Positions 1 through 9,725 of a DNA stretch of 25,814 nucleotides are shown here, in pieces; the stretch's first letter is position 1, and every line of letters starts with the position of its first letter. The notes under the pieces are model-generated. The model made no database searches. It was not told the DNA's origin and saw only the letters and a list, made by a program, of their open reading frames with translations. Source of the stretch: Chloroflexota bacterium (GTDB taxonomy: Bacteria > Chloroflexota > Limnocylindria > Limnocylindrales > CSP1-4); assembly GCA_039931955.1 (NCBI GenBank), contig JBDTQY010000055.1, positions 1 to 25,814 of the forward strand, in the 5' to 3' direction. The position numbers and the translations under genes were made by a program.

Positions 1-790
1 CCCGTGCGACTTCGGCCCGCTCGGAGGCGAGCCGGGCGAGTTGGAGACGAAGCACTTCCTTGTCGCGATGGCGCCGGTCGACGCTCGCCTGATCCAGGGC
101 GGTGGATGGAGGCAGTCGGCCCAACGCCCCGCCGATGAACGCCAGGTCGTCCGATTCGGCACGCACCCCGGCCCGGGTGATGACTTCGTCGAGCGCCCTC
201 GGAGCCACGGGTACCCGGTGCTCGTGGTACGCGATGACGAACGAACCGCCGTCACGGACGAGGCGGAGCTCGCCTGCCTCGAGGACCCGTCCGTAGTGAT
301 CGCCGAGGATCGGCAGCAGGACCCTGTTCCGAAGGTGCGATTCCGGTGGATCCCAGTCGACATCGAAGTAGCGGGCGTAACGGCTGGACGGACCGTTCTC
401 CAGGACGTCCCACCACCATGGGTTCTCGGCCCCGGAGATGGCCATGTGGTTCGGGACGATATCCACGATCTGTCCCAGGCGGTGGCGCCTGAGGGTTCTA
501 CCGTACTCGCCGAATGCGACCTCCCCGCCCAGTTCCGCATTCACCCGTCCCGGGTCCACTACGTCGTAGCCATGTGTGCTGCCGGGCGCCGCCTGGAGAA
601 TGGGCGAACTGTAGACGTGGCTGATGCCCAGTCGCGCCAGGTAGGGTGCCAGATCCCCGGCGGCGCGGAAGCCGAAATCTGGCCGCAACTGGACGCGATA
701 CGTGGCCCGCGGCACGCGATGCCCGGGGTGGTCGTCGGCACCGCCGATCCGCACGGCCCGATTCGCTCGGGAACCGCTGACCCGGCTCAA
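1..790 (-). CDS. treY: Malto-oligosyltrehalose synthase (GH13), N-terminal part; runs off the window
   Basis: Not in the ORF track; translated by hand. Reads RATYRVQLRPDFGF...LARLGISHVYSSPILQAAPGSTHGYDVVDP...GQIVDIVPNHMAI...NPWWWDVLENGPSSRYARYFDVDWDP, the typical TreY N-terminus. The TTG at 790 overlaps the glgX TGA (TTGA); the true start could be a later GTG. Confidence 0.93.
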   Translation of the reverse strand, partial: MSRVSGSRANRAVRIGGADDHPGHRVPRATYRVQLRPDFGFRAAGDLAPYLARLGISHVYSSPILQAAPGSTHGYDVVDPGRVNAELGGEVAFGEYGRTLRRHRLGQIVDIVPNHMAISGAENPWWWDVLENGPSSRYARYFDVDWDPPESHLRNRVLLPILGDHYGRVLEAGELRLVRDGGSFVIAYHEHRVPVAPRALDEVITRAGVRAESDDLAFIGGALGRLPPSTALDQASVDRRHRDKEVLRLQLARLASERAEVAR

Positions 791-3030
791 GGTCGGATTC
801 CACGAAGGACAACGACGGAGTGCCCAGCGACGGTAAGCGAACTGCCGGCAACCAGGTGGCTGCCCGAGTCCGGAAATGGCTCGTCGGCAGCTGTGTCGAG
901 TTCGACTTCCCACACCTCAGCGCGGCCGACATCGGGGAGAACGAAAGCCCGTGAATCCGCCTGTGGATTGAAGGCGATGAAGAAGGGCTCATCCGCGATG
1001 GGCGCGCCATCCGGGTCCGTGATCCCCTCGCCCGAAATGAAGACACCGATGCCCTGCTCCAAGGGGTCGTGCCAGTGCTCGACGCCCATGCGCGTGCCAT
1101 CGGGTGCGGTCCACTCGATCTGGTGCGCCCCCTCGCCATGGATGGGTCGATCCTGGAACCAGCGGCGTCGTCGGAACGCGGGATGGTCCCGGCGGAAGGC
1201 GATCAGCTTCCGGGTGAACGCCAGGAGGTCGCGATCCGCCCGTTCCCAGTCCAGCCAGGAGACCTCGTTGTCCTGCGCGTATCCATTGTTGTTGCCACCC
1301 TGCGTCCGACCGATCTCGTCGCCGGCGAGGAGCATCGGGACGCCCTGGGACAGGAACATCGTGGCCAGCAGGTTGCGCTGATCGCGGGCGCGGGCCTCAA
1401 GGATGGCGGGGTCGCTCGTCGGACCCTCCGCCCCATGGTTCCACGAGCGGTTGTGGTTCTCGCCGTCCCGATTGTCCTCGCCGTTCGCCTCGTTGTGCTT
1501 GTCGTCGTAGGCGACCAGGTCAGCCATTGTGAACCCGTCATGGGCGGTCACGAAGTTGACGCTCGCGTACGGCCGCCGTCCGTTGGAGGCGTAGAGGTCC
1601 GAGCTCCCGGTCAGGCGAAAGCCGAATTCGGCGAGAGGCTCGGGCGTTCCGCGCCAGAAATCCCGGATGGCGTCCCGGTACTTGCCGTTCCACTCGGACC
1701 ACTGTGGTGGGAAGTTGCCGACCTGGTAGCCCCCCTCCCCGACATCCCACGGTTCTGCGATCAGCTTCACCTGGTTGATGGTCGGGTCCTGGTGAATGAG
1801 ATCGAAGAAGGCGGACAGCCGGTCGACTTCGTGAAGCTCGCGTGCCAGGGCGGCCGCGAGGTCGAAACGGAACCCATCCACGTGCATGTCCTGGATCCAG
1901 TAGCGCAGGCTGTCCATGATCAGTTGGAGGCTATGGGGGTGGCGGACGTTGAGGGTGTTGCCGGTCCCCGTGTAGTCCATGTAATGCCGTCGATCGTGGT
2001 TGAGGAGGCGGTAGTAGGCCGCGTTATCGATCCCCTTGAACGACAGTATCGGACCGAGGTGGTTTCCCTCGGCCGTGTGGTTGTAAACGACGTCCAGGAT
2101 CACCTCGATGTCTGCCGCGTGGAGCGCCTTGACCATCGCCTTGAACTCGCGGACCTGCGCGTTGCCCGTGTTGACGCTCGCGTAGCCGGCATGGGGGGCG
2201 AGGAACCCGATGGAGTTGTATCCCCAGTAGTTCTGAAGGCCCCGCTCGACGAGATGAGCGTCGTGAATGAAGTGATGGATCGGCAGCAGCTCGACGGCGG
2301 TCACCCCGAGCGAACGGAGGTAGCCGATGGCGACGGGATGGGCCATACCGGCGTACGTACCCCGGATCTCGGCCGGGATGTCCGGATGGGTGGCCGTGAA
2401 TCCCTTGACGTGGACCTCGTAGATGACCGTCTCGTTCGGCGCGTGGCGGGGCGGACGATCGTCGCCCCAGTCGAAGTCAGGATCCACCACGACTGAGCGG
2501 GGCATGAACGGGGCGCTGTCGTCGTCGTTGGTGCTGCCTTCCGGGTCCTCGAATCGGTACGGGAAAACCGCAGGATCCCAGGTGACGCGACCCTCAATGG
2601 CCTTGGCGTACGGGTCCAGGAGCAGCTTGGCGGGGTTGCAGCGGTGCCCGTTGGCGGGATCCCACGGACCGTGGACGCGGTACCCGTAGCGCTGACCGCC
2701 CACGACGTGCCGCGCGTAGACGTGCCACACGTGGCCGGTTGATTCGGGCATCGGGATCCGGGTCTCCGCGCCGCCCTCGTCGAACAGGCAGAGCTCGACG
2801 CGCTCGGCAGCCTCTGAGTAGAGCGAGAAGTTCGTACCCCAACCGTCAAAGGTGGCGCCGAGCGGGTAGGGAACTCCCGCCCGGAAACCGCTCTCGCCTG
2901 GCGAGGTGGTTGTCCGGTTGGCCGTGGGTTCGGGAGGTTCATCGGCCGGGCGTGGCTGGTTGAGGTCTGTCGCGTTGTGAATGAGTATCTCCTGGGCTTG
3001 CCGGCCGCAATGGTGGACGAGGGGCGGCAA
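787..3030 (-). CDS. glgX: Glycogen debranching enzyme GlgX/TreX (isoamylase, GH13 + CBM48)
   Basis: Motifs PYPLGAT, YEVHVKGFT, NYWGYNSIGF, DVVYNHTAEG, DGFRFDLA, KLIAEPWD, NFVTAHDGFT. Start uncertain: TTG 3030 has no SD, and an SD-supported ATT lies at 2982. Confidence 0.96.
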   Translation of the reverse strand: MPPLVHHCGRQAQEILIHNATDLNQPRPADEPPEPTANRTTTSPGESGFRAGVPYPLGATFDGWGTNFSLYSEAAERVELCLFDEGGAETRIPMPESTGHVWHVYARHVVGGQRYGYRVHGPWDPANGHRCNPAKLLLDPYAKAIEGRVTWDPAVFPYRFEDPEGSTNDDDSAPFMPRSVVVDPDFDWGDDRPPRHAPNETVIYEVHVKGFTATHPDIPAEIRGTYAGMAHPVAIGYLRSLGVTAVELLPIHHFIHDAHLVERGLQNYWGYNSIGFLAPHAGYASVNTGNAQVREFKAMVKALHAADIEVILDVVYNHTAEGNHLGPILSFKGIDNAAYYRLLNHDRRHYMDYTGTGNTLNVRHPHSLQLIMDSLRYWIQDMHVDGFRFDLAAALARELHEVDRLSAFFDLIHQDPTINQVKLIAEPWDVGEGGYQVGNFPPQWSEWNGKYRDAIRDFWRGTPEPLAEFGFRLTGSSDLYASNGRRPYASVNFVTAHDGFTMADLVAYDDKHNEANGEDNRDGENHNRSWNHGAEGPTSDPAILEARARDQRNLLATMFLSQGVPMLLAGDEIGRTQGGNNNGYAQDNEVSWLDWERADRDLLAFTRKLIAFRRDHPAFRRRRWFQDRPIHGEGAHQIEWTAPDGTRMGVEHWHDPLEQGIGVFISGEGITDPDGAPIADEPFFIAFNPQADSRAFVLPDVGRAEVWEVELDTAADEPFPDSGSHLVAGSSLTVAGHSVVVLRGIRP

Positions 3031-3155
3031 ACCGTGGCCGTGGTGGGCCCGACCTGACCGTAGGCGAGGTCGGGCAGCGTGTCAAACGACCGCGTCGTGC
3101 GCAGGTGCAGGGCTCGGGGCGTTCCCGACGCTCAGAATCAGGCCGATGCGCCGCG

Positions 3156-3161
3156 TATCAT
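3156..3161 (+). promoter_or_regulatory. Putative -10 element TATCAT, 8 nt before ATG 3170 (likely leaderless)
   Basis: TATCAT-ctgcggcg-ATG with no SD between them. Confidence 0.55.
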
Positions 3162-3169
3162 CTGCGGCG

Positions 3170-3880
3170 ATGTGCGAGCACTACGTCGCCCGTGCGGCGT
3201 CCCCGTTCCGGCTCGACGAACTCTGGCCGTTCACCGAGCGCCTTGAGCGCTTCGGGATCGCCGGGTTCGGCTGGGGAGCATCGTGGCTCGAGCCGGCGGG
3301 TTCCATCGGCAGCTATCGCGAAGTTCAGGCGTTCCGGGACGATTCCGGGCGCGAGCGTGTGGGCCGCGTCGAGACGACCGCTGCTCTGGTGCATCTGCGA
3401 CGGCCGTCCCGACTCTCCACGCTGGGGATGGCCGACACGCAGCCGTTCGACGATCCTGCGGGGCGCTTCAGCCTCAGTCACAACGGCGATCTCCTCCACT
3501 ATCGGCCGTACAGAGCCCGATTTCTGGAGCAAGGACGTCTCTTCGGCAGGGCCGACAGCGAGGTCGGCGCCCGATGGCTTGAAGACGAGTGGAACGATGG
3601 CGAGCCCGTGCCGCACCTGATGGCCGCACTGCACGACACCTTCGGGGGCCAGGCCAACCTGGCGGTCCTCGTCAAGGACGGGTCGGTGCACCACTACGCG
3701 GGGAATCGTGAGAACCCCGTCTTCACCTTCAGGCTCGGCGACATCGGCCTCGCAAGCACCGGCCTCTACTCGCTGGATCGGTCGCTCTTCCGGTTCGCGG
3801 CCAAGGGGGCCACGGAGCGCCGGCTGGTACCCATCCGGAGCACTGCGTCCCTCGACGCCGGGGGCCGACTGGCCGTGTAA
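3170..3880 (+). CDS. Class II glutamine amidotransferase-like Ntn hydrolase (EgtC/YafJ/Dug3-like)
   Basis: A start at 3170 gives M-C-E, placing the nucleophilic Cys at position 1 after Met removal. GFGWG, HLRRPS, TQPF, SHNGDL, DSEV and GQANL segments match the GATase-II pattern. Confidence 0.8.
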   Translation: MCEHYVARAASPFRLDELWPFTERLERFGIAGFGWGASWLEPAGSIGSYREVQAFRDDSGRERVGRVETTAALVHLRRPSRLSTLGMADTQPFDDPAGRFSLSHNGDLLHYRPYRARFLEQGRLFGRADSEVGARWLEDEWNDGEPVPHLMAALHDTFGGQANLAVLVKDGSVHHYAGNRENPVFTFRLGDIGLASTGLYSLDRSLFRFAAKGATERRLVPIRSTASLDAGGRLAV

Positions 3881-3942
3881 CAACAAGTCCCCGGTGGGCG
3901 TCTCTCGCGTGACCAGGTGACACCGGAATGAGGGACTGGACC

Positions 3943-5277
3943 GTGGACTTGGAAATCGGCTCGACGGAAGGTGGTACCGCGAACAGGCCGACCGAACAAC
4001 TCCCCGCATCCCAGCTCGTCCGGCTATCGCTGTACTGGCTCGGGCTCTCGGCGATCTTCATCGGGGTCTCCCAGATCCTCTCTGGTCGGATCCAATTCGA
4101 GGAGGGAGGCCCGCTGTTCACGGGTCGCGGGACAGAGGGTCAAACGCTCTTCCTGCTGACCTTTGCAGGGGCGATTATCGCGGCCCTCGTCCAGCCCACC
4201 GTGGGTACGATTTCCGACTACACGATCAGCCGCTGGGGGCGACGCAAGCCGTACATCTTCATCGGCTCCGTCCTGGACATCCTGTTCCTGTACGGCGTCG
4301 CGTCATCCAATTCGATCCTCTCGGTTGCGGCGTTCATGGCCCTCCTGCAGTTCAGCGCGAACTTCGCTCAAGGCCCGTTCCAGGGCTACGTTCCGGATCT
4401 CATCCCCGCCAAACAGGTCGGCCTTGCCTCGGCCCTCGTAGGCCTCTTCCAGGTCCTCGGGAATGGTGCCGGCTTCGGTATCGCCAACTTCGCGATTGCC
4501 ACCAACAATTACTTCCTTGGCACCATGGCTCTTGGCGCGCTCGAACTTGCAACGATGGTCTCCGTCGTGTGGAGGGTCCCCGAGGGTCGGAACGCCGAGC
4601 CAAGACGGGGGCGCTCCTGGTTCACGATCGCCCGCCAGGCCTGGAGCACGGACATCCTCCGCGACCGGAATTTCGTCTGGCTCGTGGGGTCGCGCTGGTT
4701 CTTCCTCATGGGCGCCACCATGCTCATCAACCAGTCCATCTTCTACTTTGCACAGTCCTTCGGATTCAGCCGGGAGGAGACCGGCGGCACGAACTTCCTC
4801 GTCTTGGTGGCGGCGCTCGTTGGCAACGTGCTCACGGTCTTTCCGGCCGGTCGAATCTCGGACCGGGTCGGCCGGAAGCCGGTGATCTATGCGGCGTGCG
4901 TGGTTGCCGGCAGCGGAATGTTGATCGTCGCGCTGGCGCCAGCCATCCCGATCGTCGTGTTCGGGGCCGGGCTGTTCGGGGCTGGTTCGGGGATGTTCCT
5001 TGCCGTCGACTGGGCACTGATGACTGACATCATCCCGAAAGCTTCTTCGGGGCGGTACATGGGCATCAGCAACGTGGCCACCGCCACTGCTGGGATCGTG
5101 TCGCTGCTCGTCGGCGGCAAGCTCATGGACATCGTGAACGGCGTGGCGACCTATGGCGACGGCCCGCGTGCGGCCTTCCTCCTGGCGGTCGCGTTCTTCG
5201 CGCTCGGCGCCATCCTGCTTCGACCAGTCGTCGAGCCGAACCGTCGTGGGGACCTCATGGCCCAGCCCTCGTCATGA
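3943..5277 (+). CDS. MFS transporter (resembles sucrose/maltose SLC45/GPH-like group)
   Basis: About 12 hydrophobic segments; GTISDYTISRWGRRKPY, QGPFQGYVPDL and GRISDRVGRK motifs. GTG 3943 follows GAGGGA; alternative ATG at 3928. Confidence 0.88.
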   Translation: MDLEIGSTEGGTANRPTEQLPASQLVRLSLYWLGLSAIFIGVSQILSGRIQFEEGGPLFTGRGTEGQTLFLLTFAGAIIAALVQPTVGTISDYTISRWGRRKPYIFIGSVLDILFLYGVASSNSILSVAAFMALLQFSANFAQGPFQGYVPDLIPAKQVGLASALVGLFQVLGNGAGFGIANFAIATNNYFLGTMALGALELATMVSVVWRVPEGRNAEPRRGRSWFTIARQAWSTDILRDRNFVWLVGSRWFFLMGATMLINQSIFYFAQSFGFSREETGGTNFLVLVAALVGNVLTVFPAGRISDRVGRKPVIYAACVVAGSGMLIVALAPAIPIVVFGAGLFGAGSGMFLAVDWALMTDIIPKASSGRYMGISNVATATAGIVSLLVGGKLMDIVNGVATYGDGPRAAFLLAVAFFALGAILLRPVVEPNRRGDLMAQPSS

Positions 5278-5432
5278 GCTCGGCGGCGGCGCCCGCGACC
5301 TTGAGGCGCCCACACCCTCACCTGTGTCGCCGGTCCGATTGGGCCTTGTAAGGACTGAGCCCCTCGCCTACCGTACGAAGTCGGAGCGGCGAAGGCGCGG
5401 CCCTGGCGCCTCGATCCGGGTGGGGGTGGACG

Positions 5433-5894
5433 ATGAGCATCTCTTCGATGGCGCGCTTGGCGGAAGGCGACTCGGCTGAGCCCGACTCAACCTTGCAGAG
5501 CGCGATCAGGCTGATTGCCAGTTACATCCCGGCCGAAGCGATCGCGACGTACATCGTCGTCCTCGGCCTGCTGTCGCCCGGAGCCGAAGCATCGTCGGAT
5601 CAGGTCATGGCCATTCGCCTCGTCTGCTTCGTGATCGGGGTTCTGGTCGCGATCGGACTGGCGTTCGTGACCTTCAAGGGCGGAGCCCTCACACGCCGCG
5701 AGCAGCAGCGGAGGCAATGGCTCGTTGCCGCGATGGCTGCCATTTCGTTTGCGATCTATGCCGCGGCCATGCCGTCGTTCTTCTTTCAGGCGGACATCCT
5801 GACCATCCCCTGGTCGCAGTGGGCCGCCGTCCTGGCGATCATCGTTGCCGTGATCACCCCGACGATCGCGAAGAGCCTTCGACTCCGCAAGTAG
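5433..5894 (+). CDS. Hypothetical membrane protein, 153 aa, about 4 TM helices
   Basis: ATG preceded by GGGGGTGG; four hydrophobic stretches; fills the gap between the MFS gene and cphB. Confidence 0.8.
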   Translation: MSISSMARLAEGDSAEPDSTLQSAIRLIASYIPAEAIATYIVVLGLLSPGAEASSDQVMAIRLVCFVIGVLVAIGLAFVTFKGGALTRREQQRRQWLVAAMAAISFAIYAAAMPSFFFQADILTIPWSQWAAVLAIIVAVITPTIAKSLRLRK

Positions 5895-5962
5895 CCGCGG
5901 TCACGCGAGCGCAATCGGGGGGTCTCATTGCCGCACGGCTCCGGATCATGGCTGGGCGCGGC

Positions 5963-5968
5963 TATACT
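5963..5968 (+). promoter_or_regulatory. Putative -10 element TATACT of cphB-cphA
   Basis: Near-consensus hexamer 11 nt before ATG 5980; no SD. Confidence 0.6.
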
Positions 5969-5979
5969 CCCGCGCATCC

Positions 5980-6819
5980 ATGAGCGACGGGACAGTCATC
6001 GTCATTGGCGGCGCTGAGGACAAGATCCGCGACCGGATCATCCTCAATCGCTTCGTGGCGCTCGCCGGCGGTGAAGACGCGATTATCGTCGTCATCTCGA
6101 CGGCCTCTTCACTCGGGACCGAGGCGGGGGAGCGCTACCGCGCGATCTTCACGGAGCTCGGGGCCAGGACGGTTCGGCCGCTCCACGCGGTGACCCGGGC
6201 CCAGGCGAACGACGAGACCTTCGCGCGCGCCGTGCGCGATGCGACCGGCGTCTACCTGACCGGCGGCAACCAGCTACGCCTCTCGTCCATGATCGGCGGA
6301 ACGCGCCTGGCAGAGGCGATCCTGGACCGGTTCCACGAGGGCGCCGTCGTTGCCGGGACCTCGGCCGGAGCGTCGGCCATGTCGAGTCACATGATCGCCT
6401 TCGGGGCTTCCGGGGCCACGCCCAAGCATCGGATGGCTGCCATCGCCGCGGGCCTCGGTGTATTGCCGGGCGTGATCGTTGACCAGCACTTTCAGCAGCG
6501 CAATCGCCTGGGACGACTGCTCAGCCTGATCGCCCAGAACCCGAGCCTCCTCGGCATCGGGGTGGACGAGGACACCGCGGGTGTGGTTGGCCCCGATCGC
6601 GTCATGGAGGTCATCGGCCGGGGCAGCATCACCATCGTTGACGGGGCGGCCGCCGAAACCGACGCCTGGGACGTCCGCGGGCACCGGCCGGTCATGATCA
6701 GTGGCGTCGTCCTGCATTCGCTGCCAGCCGGCTACCAGTTCGACCTCAAGCGCCGGCATCGGATCACAACGCCTGCGCTCAAAGTCCTTCCCGGTGGAGA
6801 GGCCGCCGCGTCCAGCTAG
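5980..6819 (+). CDS. cphB: Cyanophycinase (peptidase S51), intracellular type
   Basis: VIGGAEDK, LTGGNQLRL, catalytic GTSAGA, DQHFQQRNRLGRL and GVDEDT motifs; no signal peptide; directly upstream of cphA. Confidence 0.95.
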   Translation: MSDGTVIVIGGAEDKIRDRIILNRFVALAGGEDAIIVVISTASSLGTEAGERYRAIFTELGARTVRPLHAVTRAQANDETFARAVRDATGVYLTGGNQLRLSSMIGGTRLAEAILDRFHEGAVVAGTSAGASAMSSHMIAFGASGATPKHRMAAIAAGLGVLPGVIVDQHFQQRNRLGRLLSLIAQNPSLLGIGVDEDTAGVVGPDRVMEVIGRGSITIVDGAAAETDAWDVRGHRPVMISGVVLHSLPAGYQFDLKRRHRITTPALKVLPGGEAAASS

Positions 6820-6868
6820 CATGGCGACAGCGCGTCGGCCGGGCCGGCGCGGTAATGGAGGAACCAGC

Positions 6869-9667
6869 ATGGTCGAGGCCGCCGCGAAGACCAGCCGCGC
6901 CAAGCGCTCGCGAGCGGTCACGACGGAGCGACCTGCGCCGGACCTTCGCATCCTGGAGACCCGGATCCTGCGCGGTCCCAACTTCTGGTCTCGCTCACCG
7001 GTCGTCCGAATGCTGGTTGATCTCGGGTCGCTGGAGCAGTTCCCGAGCAACACGATCCCGGGCTTCGTGGACGGACTCGTCGCGTGGATTCCCTCGCTCG
7101 AGGATCACGCCTGCTCGCTCAACCGGCGTGGTGGCTTCCTGACGAGATTGCGGGACGGCACCTGGGCGGGCCATGTCTCCGAGCATATCGCCCTCGAGCT
7201 GCAGAACCTTGCCGGGACGGACGTCCGCCACGGCAAGACCCGCGGCGCCGGCACATCGGGCCAGTACAACGTCGTCTACGAATTCCGCGAGGAGACGGTG
7301 GGGGTCGAGGCCGGCAAACTTGCCGTCCGGATCGTCAATCACCTCGTTGATCCGTCGGCCGATCCGGATCTCGACTACATCACGGAGCTTGAGCGGCTCA
7401 TCCGTCTCGCGGAGCGCGCCGCGTTCGGACCTTCCACCCAGGCGATCCTCGATGAAGCGGCCTCGCGCGATATCCCGTTCATCCGCCTGGACCGGCACTC
7501 GCTGGTCCAGCTCGGCCAGGGGGTCCACCAGCAGCGAATCCGGGCGACGATGACGTCACGGACGTCCGGAATAGGCGTCGATATCGCCAGTGACAAGAAC
7601 CTGACGAACCGACTCCTCGATTCGGCGGGCCTGCCGGTACCGAAGGCGGATGTGGTGGAAGACGTCGAATCGGCCGTGGCCGTCGCGCGACGCCTTGGCT
7701 TCCCGTGTGTGATCAAGCCGCTCGACGGCAACCACGGTCGAGGCGTCCACCTGGATCTCCAGTCCGACGAGGACGTTCGGGAGGCATTCGCCGGCGCACT
7801 CCGCGAATCGCGCTCGGGCGAGGTCGTCGTCGAGACGTACATCCACGGCAATGACTACCGATGCCTCGTGATCGGCGGCCGCGTGGCAGCAATCGCCGAG
7901 CGTGTTCCGGCTTCAGTCACGGGCGATGGTGCCCTGACCGTTCGGGAACTCGTCGATCGGACCAACGCCGATCCGAGACGCGGAATCGGCCACGAGAAGG
8001 TGTTGACGAAAATCCGGATCGACGAGCCCGCGGAGGAGCTCGTGCGCGCCCAGGGCTTCGAGCTGGACGGGGTGCCGCCAACCGGGGTCCGAATCAAGCT
8101 GGCGCTGACCGGCAACATGTCGACGGGCGGCACCTCGATCGACCGGACGCTTGAGGCGCACCCTGACAACGTCGAGATCGCCGAAATGGCGGCCCGGGTG
8201 GTGGGTCTGGATATCGCCGGAATCGACTTCATCTGCCCCGACATCACCGTTCCCGTGCGCGAGACGGGCGGCGCGATCGTCGAGGTCAATGCGGCACCTG
8301 GTTTCCGCATGCACACCCACCCGACCGAGGGCGAGCCGCAGTACGTCGCCCGGCCGGTCATCGACCTGCTCTTTCCGGCGGGCGCGCCTTCACGAATCCC
8401 GATCATCGGGGTGACCGGCACCAACGGCAAGACGACGACTGTCCGGATGATCGCCCACATCCTCAAGCTGATGGGGCGCCGGGTCGGCATGACATCGACG
8501 GATGGAATCGTCGTCGATGGGCGGACGATCAAGCGCGGCGACATGTCCGGTCCAAGGTCGGCCCGGATGATTCTCCAGAACCCGACGGTTGACACGGCGG
8601 TCTTCGAAGTTGCCCGTGGCGGCATCCTCCGTGAGGGCCTCGGCTACGACCGCAACGACGTGGCCGTCGTCACCAATGTGACCGCCGACCATCTCGGGCT
8701 GGGCGGCATCGACACCGTTCGTCAGCTGGCTGATGTGAAGGGAGTCCTCGTCGAGTCGGTGCCGCGGTCAGGCACTGCCGTCCTGAACGCCGACGACGTC
8801 AACGTCGCCCGGATGGGCCAGCGCTGCGATGGCGCGGTCATCTACTTCTCGATGCAGACGCAGAAGGGTCAGCCGGGTTTCGACCGGATCGACGGCCACG
8901 CGGGCAGGGGTGGCGCCGCGTTCGTGATCAAGCCGACACCCGAGGGCGACCAGATCGTCCTGCGTCACGGTCCTCGAACGATGCCCGTTCTCTACACCCA
9001 CCTGATCCCGGCGACGTTCGGGGGCAAGGCCCGGATGAACGTCGCGAACGCCCTCGCCGCCGCCGCCGCCGCCTGGGCGGCCGGCGCCCATCTGCACGAT
9101 ATCCGGCAGGGACTGCGGACCTTCACGACGTCGTTCTTCCAGGCGCCGGGTCGCCTCAACCTGGTGGAGGTCAGTGGGGTCCGAGTCGTGATCGACTATT
9201 GCCACAACGTGGATGGGATGCGGAACCTGTCCGACTTCGTCAACAAGATGATGCTGGACGGCGGGATTCGGTCCGGCCGGGCGATCGGCGTGATCGGCGT
9301 TCCCGGCGACCGGCGCGACGAGGATATGCGCGACTATGGAGCGCTGGCCGCCACCGCCTTCGACGAGATCATCGTCCGCGAGGATCGCAACCTTCGAGGC
9401 AGGGCCCCGTCAGAGACCGCTGACCTGGTGGCCGCCGGCGTCGCCGGGGCCAAGGCGGACGGAGTACGGACAGGCGCGACGGAACTGATCCTGGACGAAC
9501 TGACGGCGGTCCGGGTGGCGCTCCGGCGGGCGAACCCGGGTGACCTGCTGGTGATGTGCGTCGATGATGCCATCGCGGTCTACAAGGAGACGATGGCCGC
9601 CGCGGGCGAAGGCCTCGGCACGACGGCCTTCGCCGATCCGGGCGAACTCGAGGCACCCGAGGGCTGA
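6869..9667 (+). CDS. cphA: Cyanophycin synthetase CphA1 (N + ATP-grasp G + Mur-ligase-like M domains), 932 aa
   Basis: ATG 6869 after GGAGG. Motifs RGPNFWS, Cx19HxxEH, FGPSTQAI, VIKPLDGNHGRGV, NMSTGGTS, EVNAAPGFRMH, GTNGKTTT, EVARGGILREGLG and DYCHN. Confidence 0.97.
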   Translation: MVEAAAKTSRAKRSRAVTTERPAPDLRILETRILRGPNFWSRSPVVRMLVDLGSLEQFPSNTIPGFVDGLVAWIPSLEDHACSLNRRGGFLTRLRDGTWAGHVSEHIALELQNLAGTDVRHGKTRGAGTSGQYNVVYEFREETVGVEAGKLAVRIVNHLVDPSADPDLDYITELERLIRLAERAAFGPSTQAILDEAASRDIPFIRLDRHSLVQLGQGVHQQRIRATMTSRTSGIGVDIASDKNLTNRLLDSAGLPVPKADVVEDVESAVAVARRLGFPCVIKPLDGNHGRGVHLDLQSDEDVREAFAGALRESRSGEVVVETYIHGNDYRCLVIGGRVAAIAERVPASVTGDGALTVRELVDRTNADPRRGIGHEKVLTKIRIDEPAEELVRAQGFELDGVPPTGVRIKLALTGNMSTGGTSIDRTLEAHPDNVEIAEMAARVVGLDIAGIDFICPDITVPVRETGGAIVEVNAAPGFRMHTHPTEGEPQYVARPVIDLLFPAGAPSRIPIIGVTGTNGKTTTVRMIAHILKLMGRRVGMTSTDGIVVDGRTIKRGDMSGPRSARMILQNPTVDTAVFEVARGGILREGLGYDRNDVAVVTNVTADHLGLGGIDTVRQLADVKGVLVESVPRSGTAVLNADDVNVARMGQRCDGAVIYFSMQTQKGQPGFDRIDGHAGRGGAAFVIKPTPEGDQIVLRHGPRTMPVLYTHLIPATFGGKARMNVANALAAAAAAWAAGAHLHDIRQGLRTFTTSFFQAPGRLNLVEVSGVRVVIDYCHNVDGMRNLSDFVNKMMLDGGIRSGRAIGVIGVPGDRRDEDMRDYGALAATAFDEIIVREDRNLRGRAPSETADLVAAGVAGAKADGVRTGATELILDELTAVRVALRRANPGDLLVMCVDDAIAVYKETMAAAGEGLGTTAFADPGELEAPEG

Positions 9668-9725
9668 ATCCGGCCGGGTCGAGAGGTCGCTACCGAGTCC
9701 GAGCCTGGTGCGTGGGCCGCCGAAA

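Noticed and set aside
41-2496. Long plus-strand ORFs 41..1381 and 1069..2496
   Set aside because: Antisense shadows of treY and glgX, common in high-GC DNA; no recognisable motifs.
9056-9073. (GCC)6 run as a phase-variation tract
   Set aside because: It is in frame and encodes the normal Ala-rich NALAAAAAA helix of Mur-type domains.
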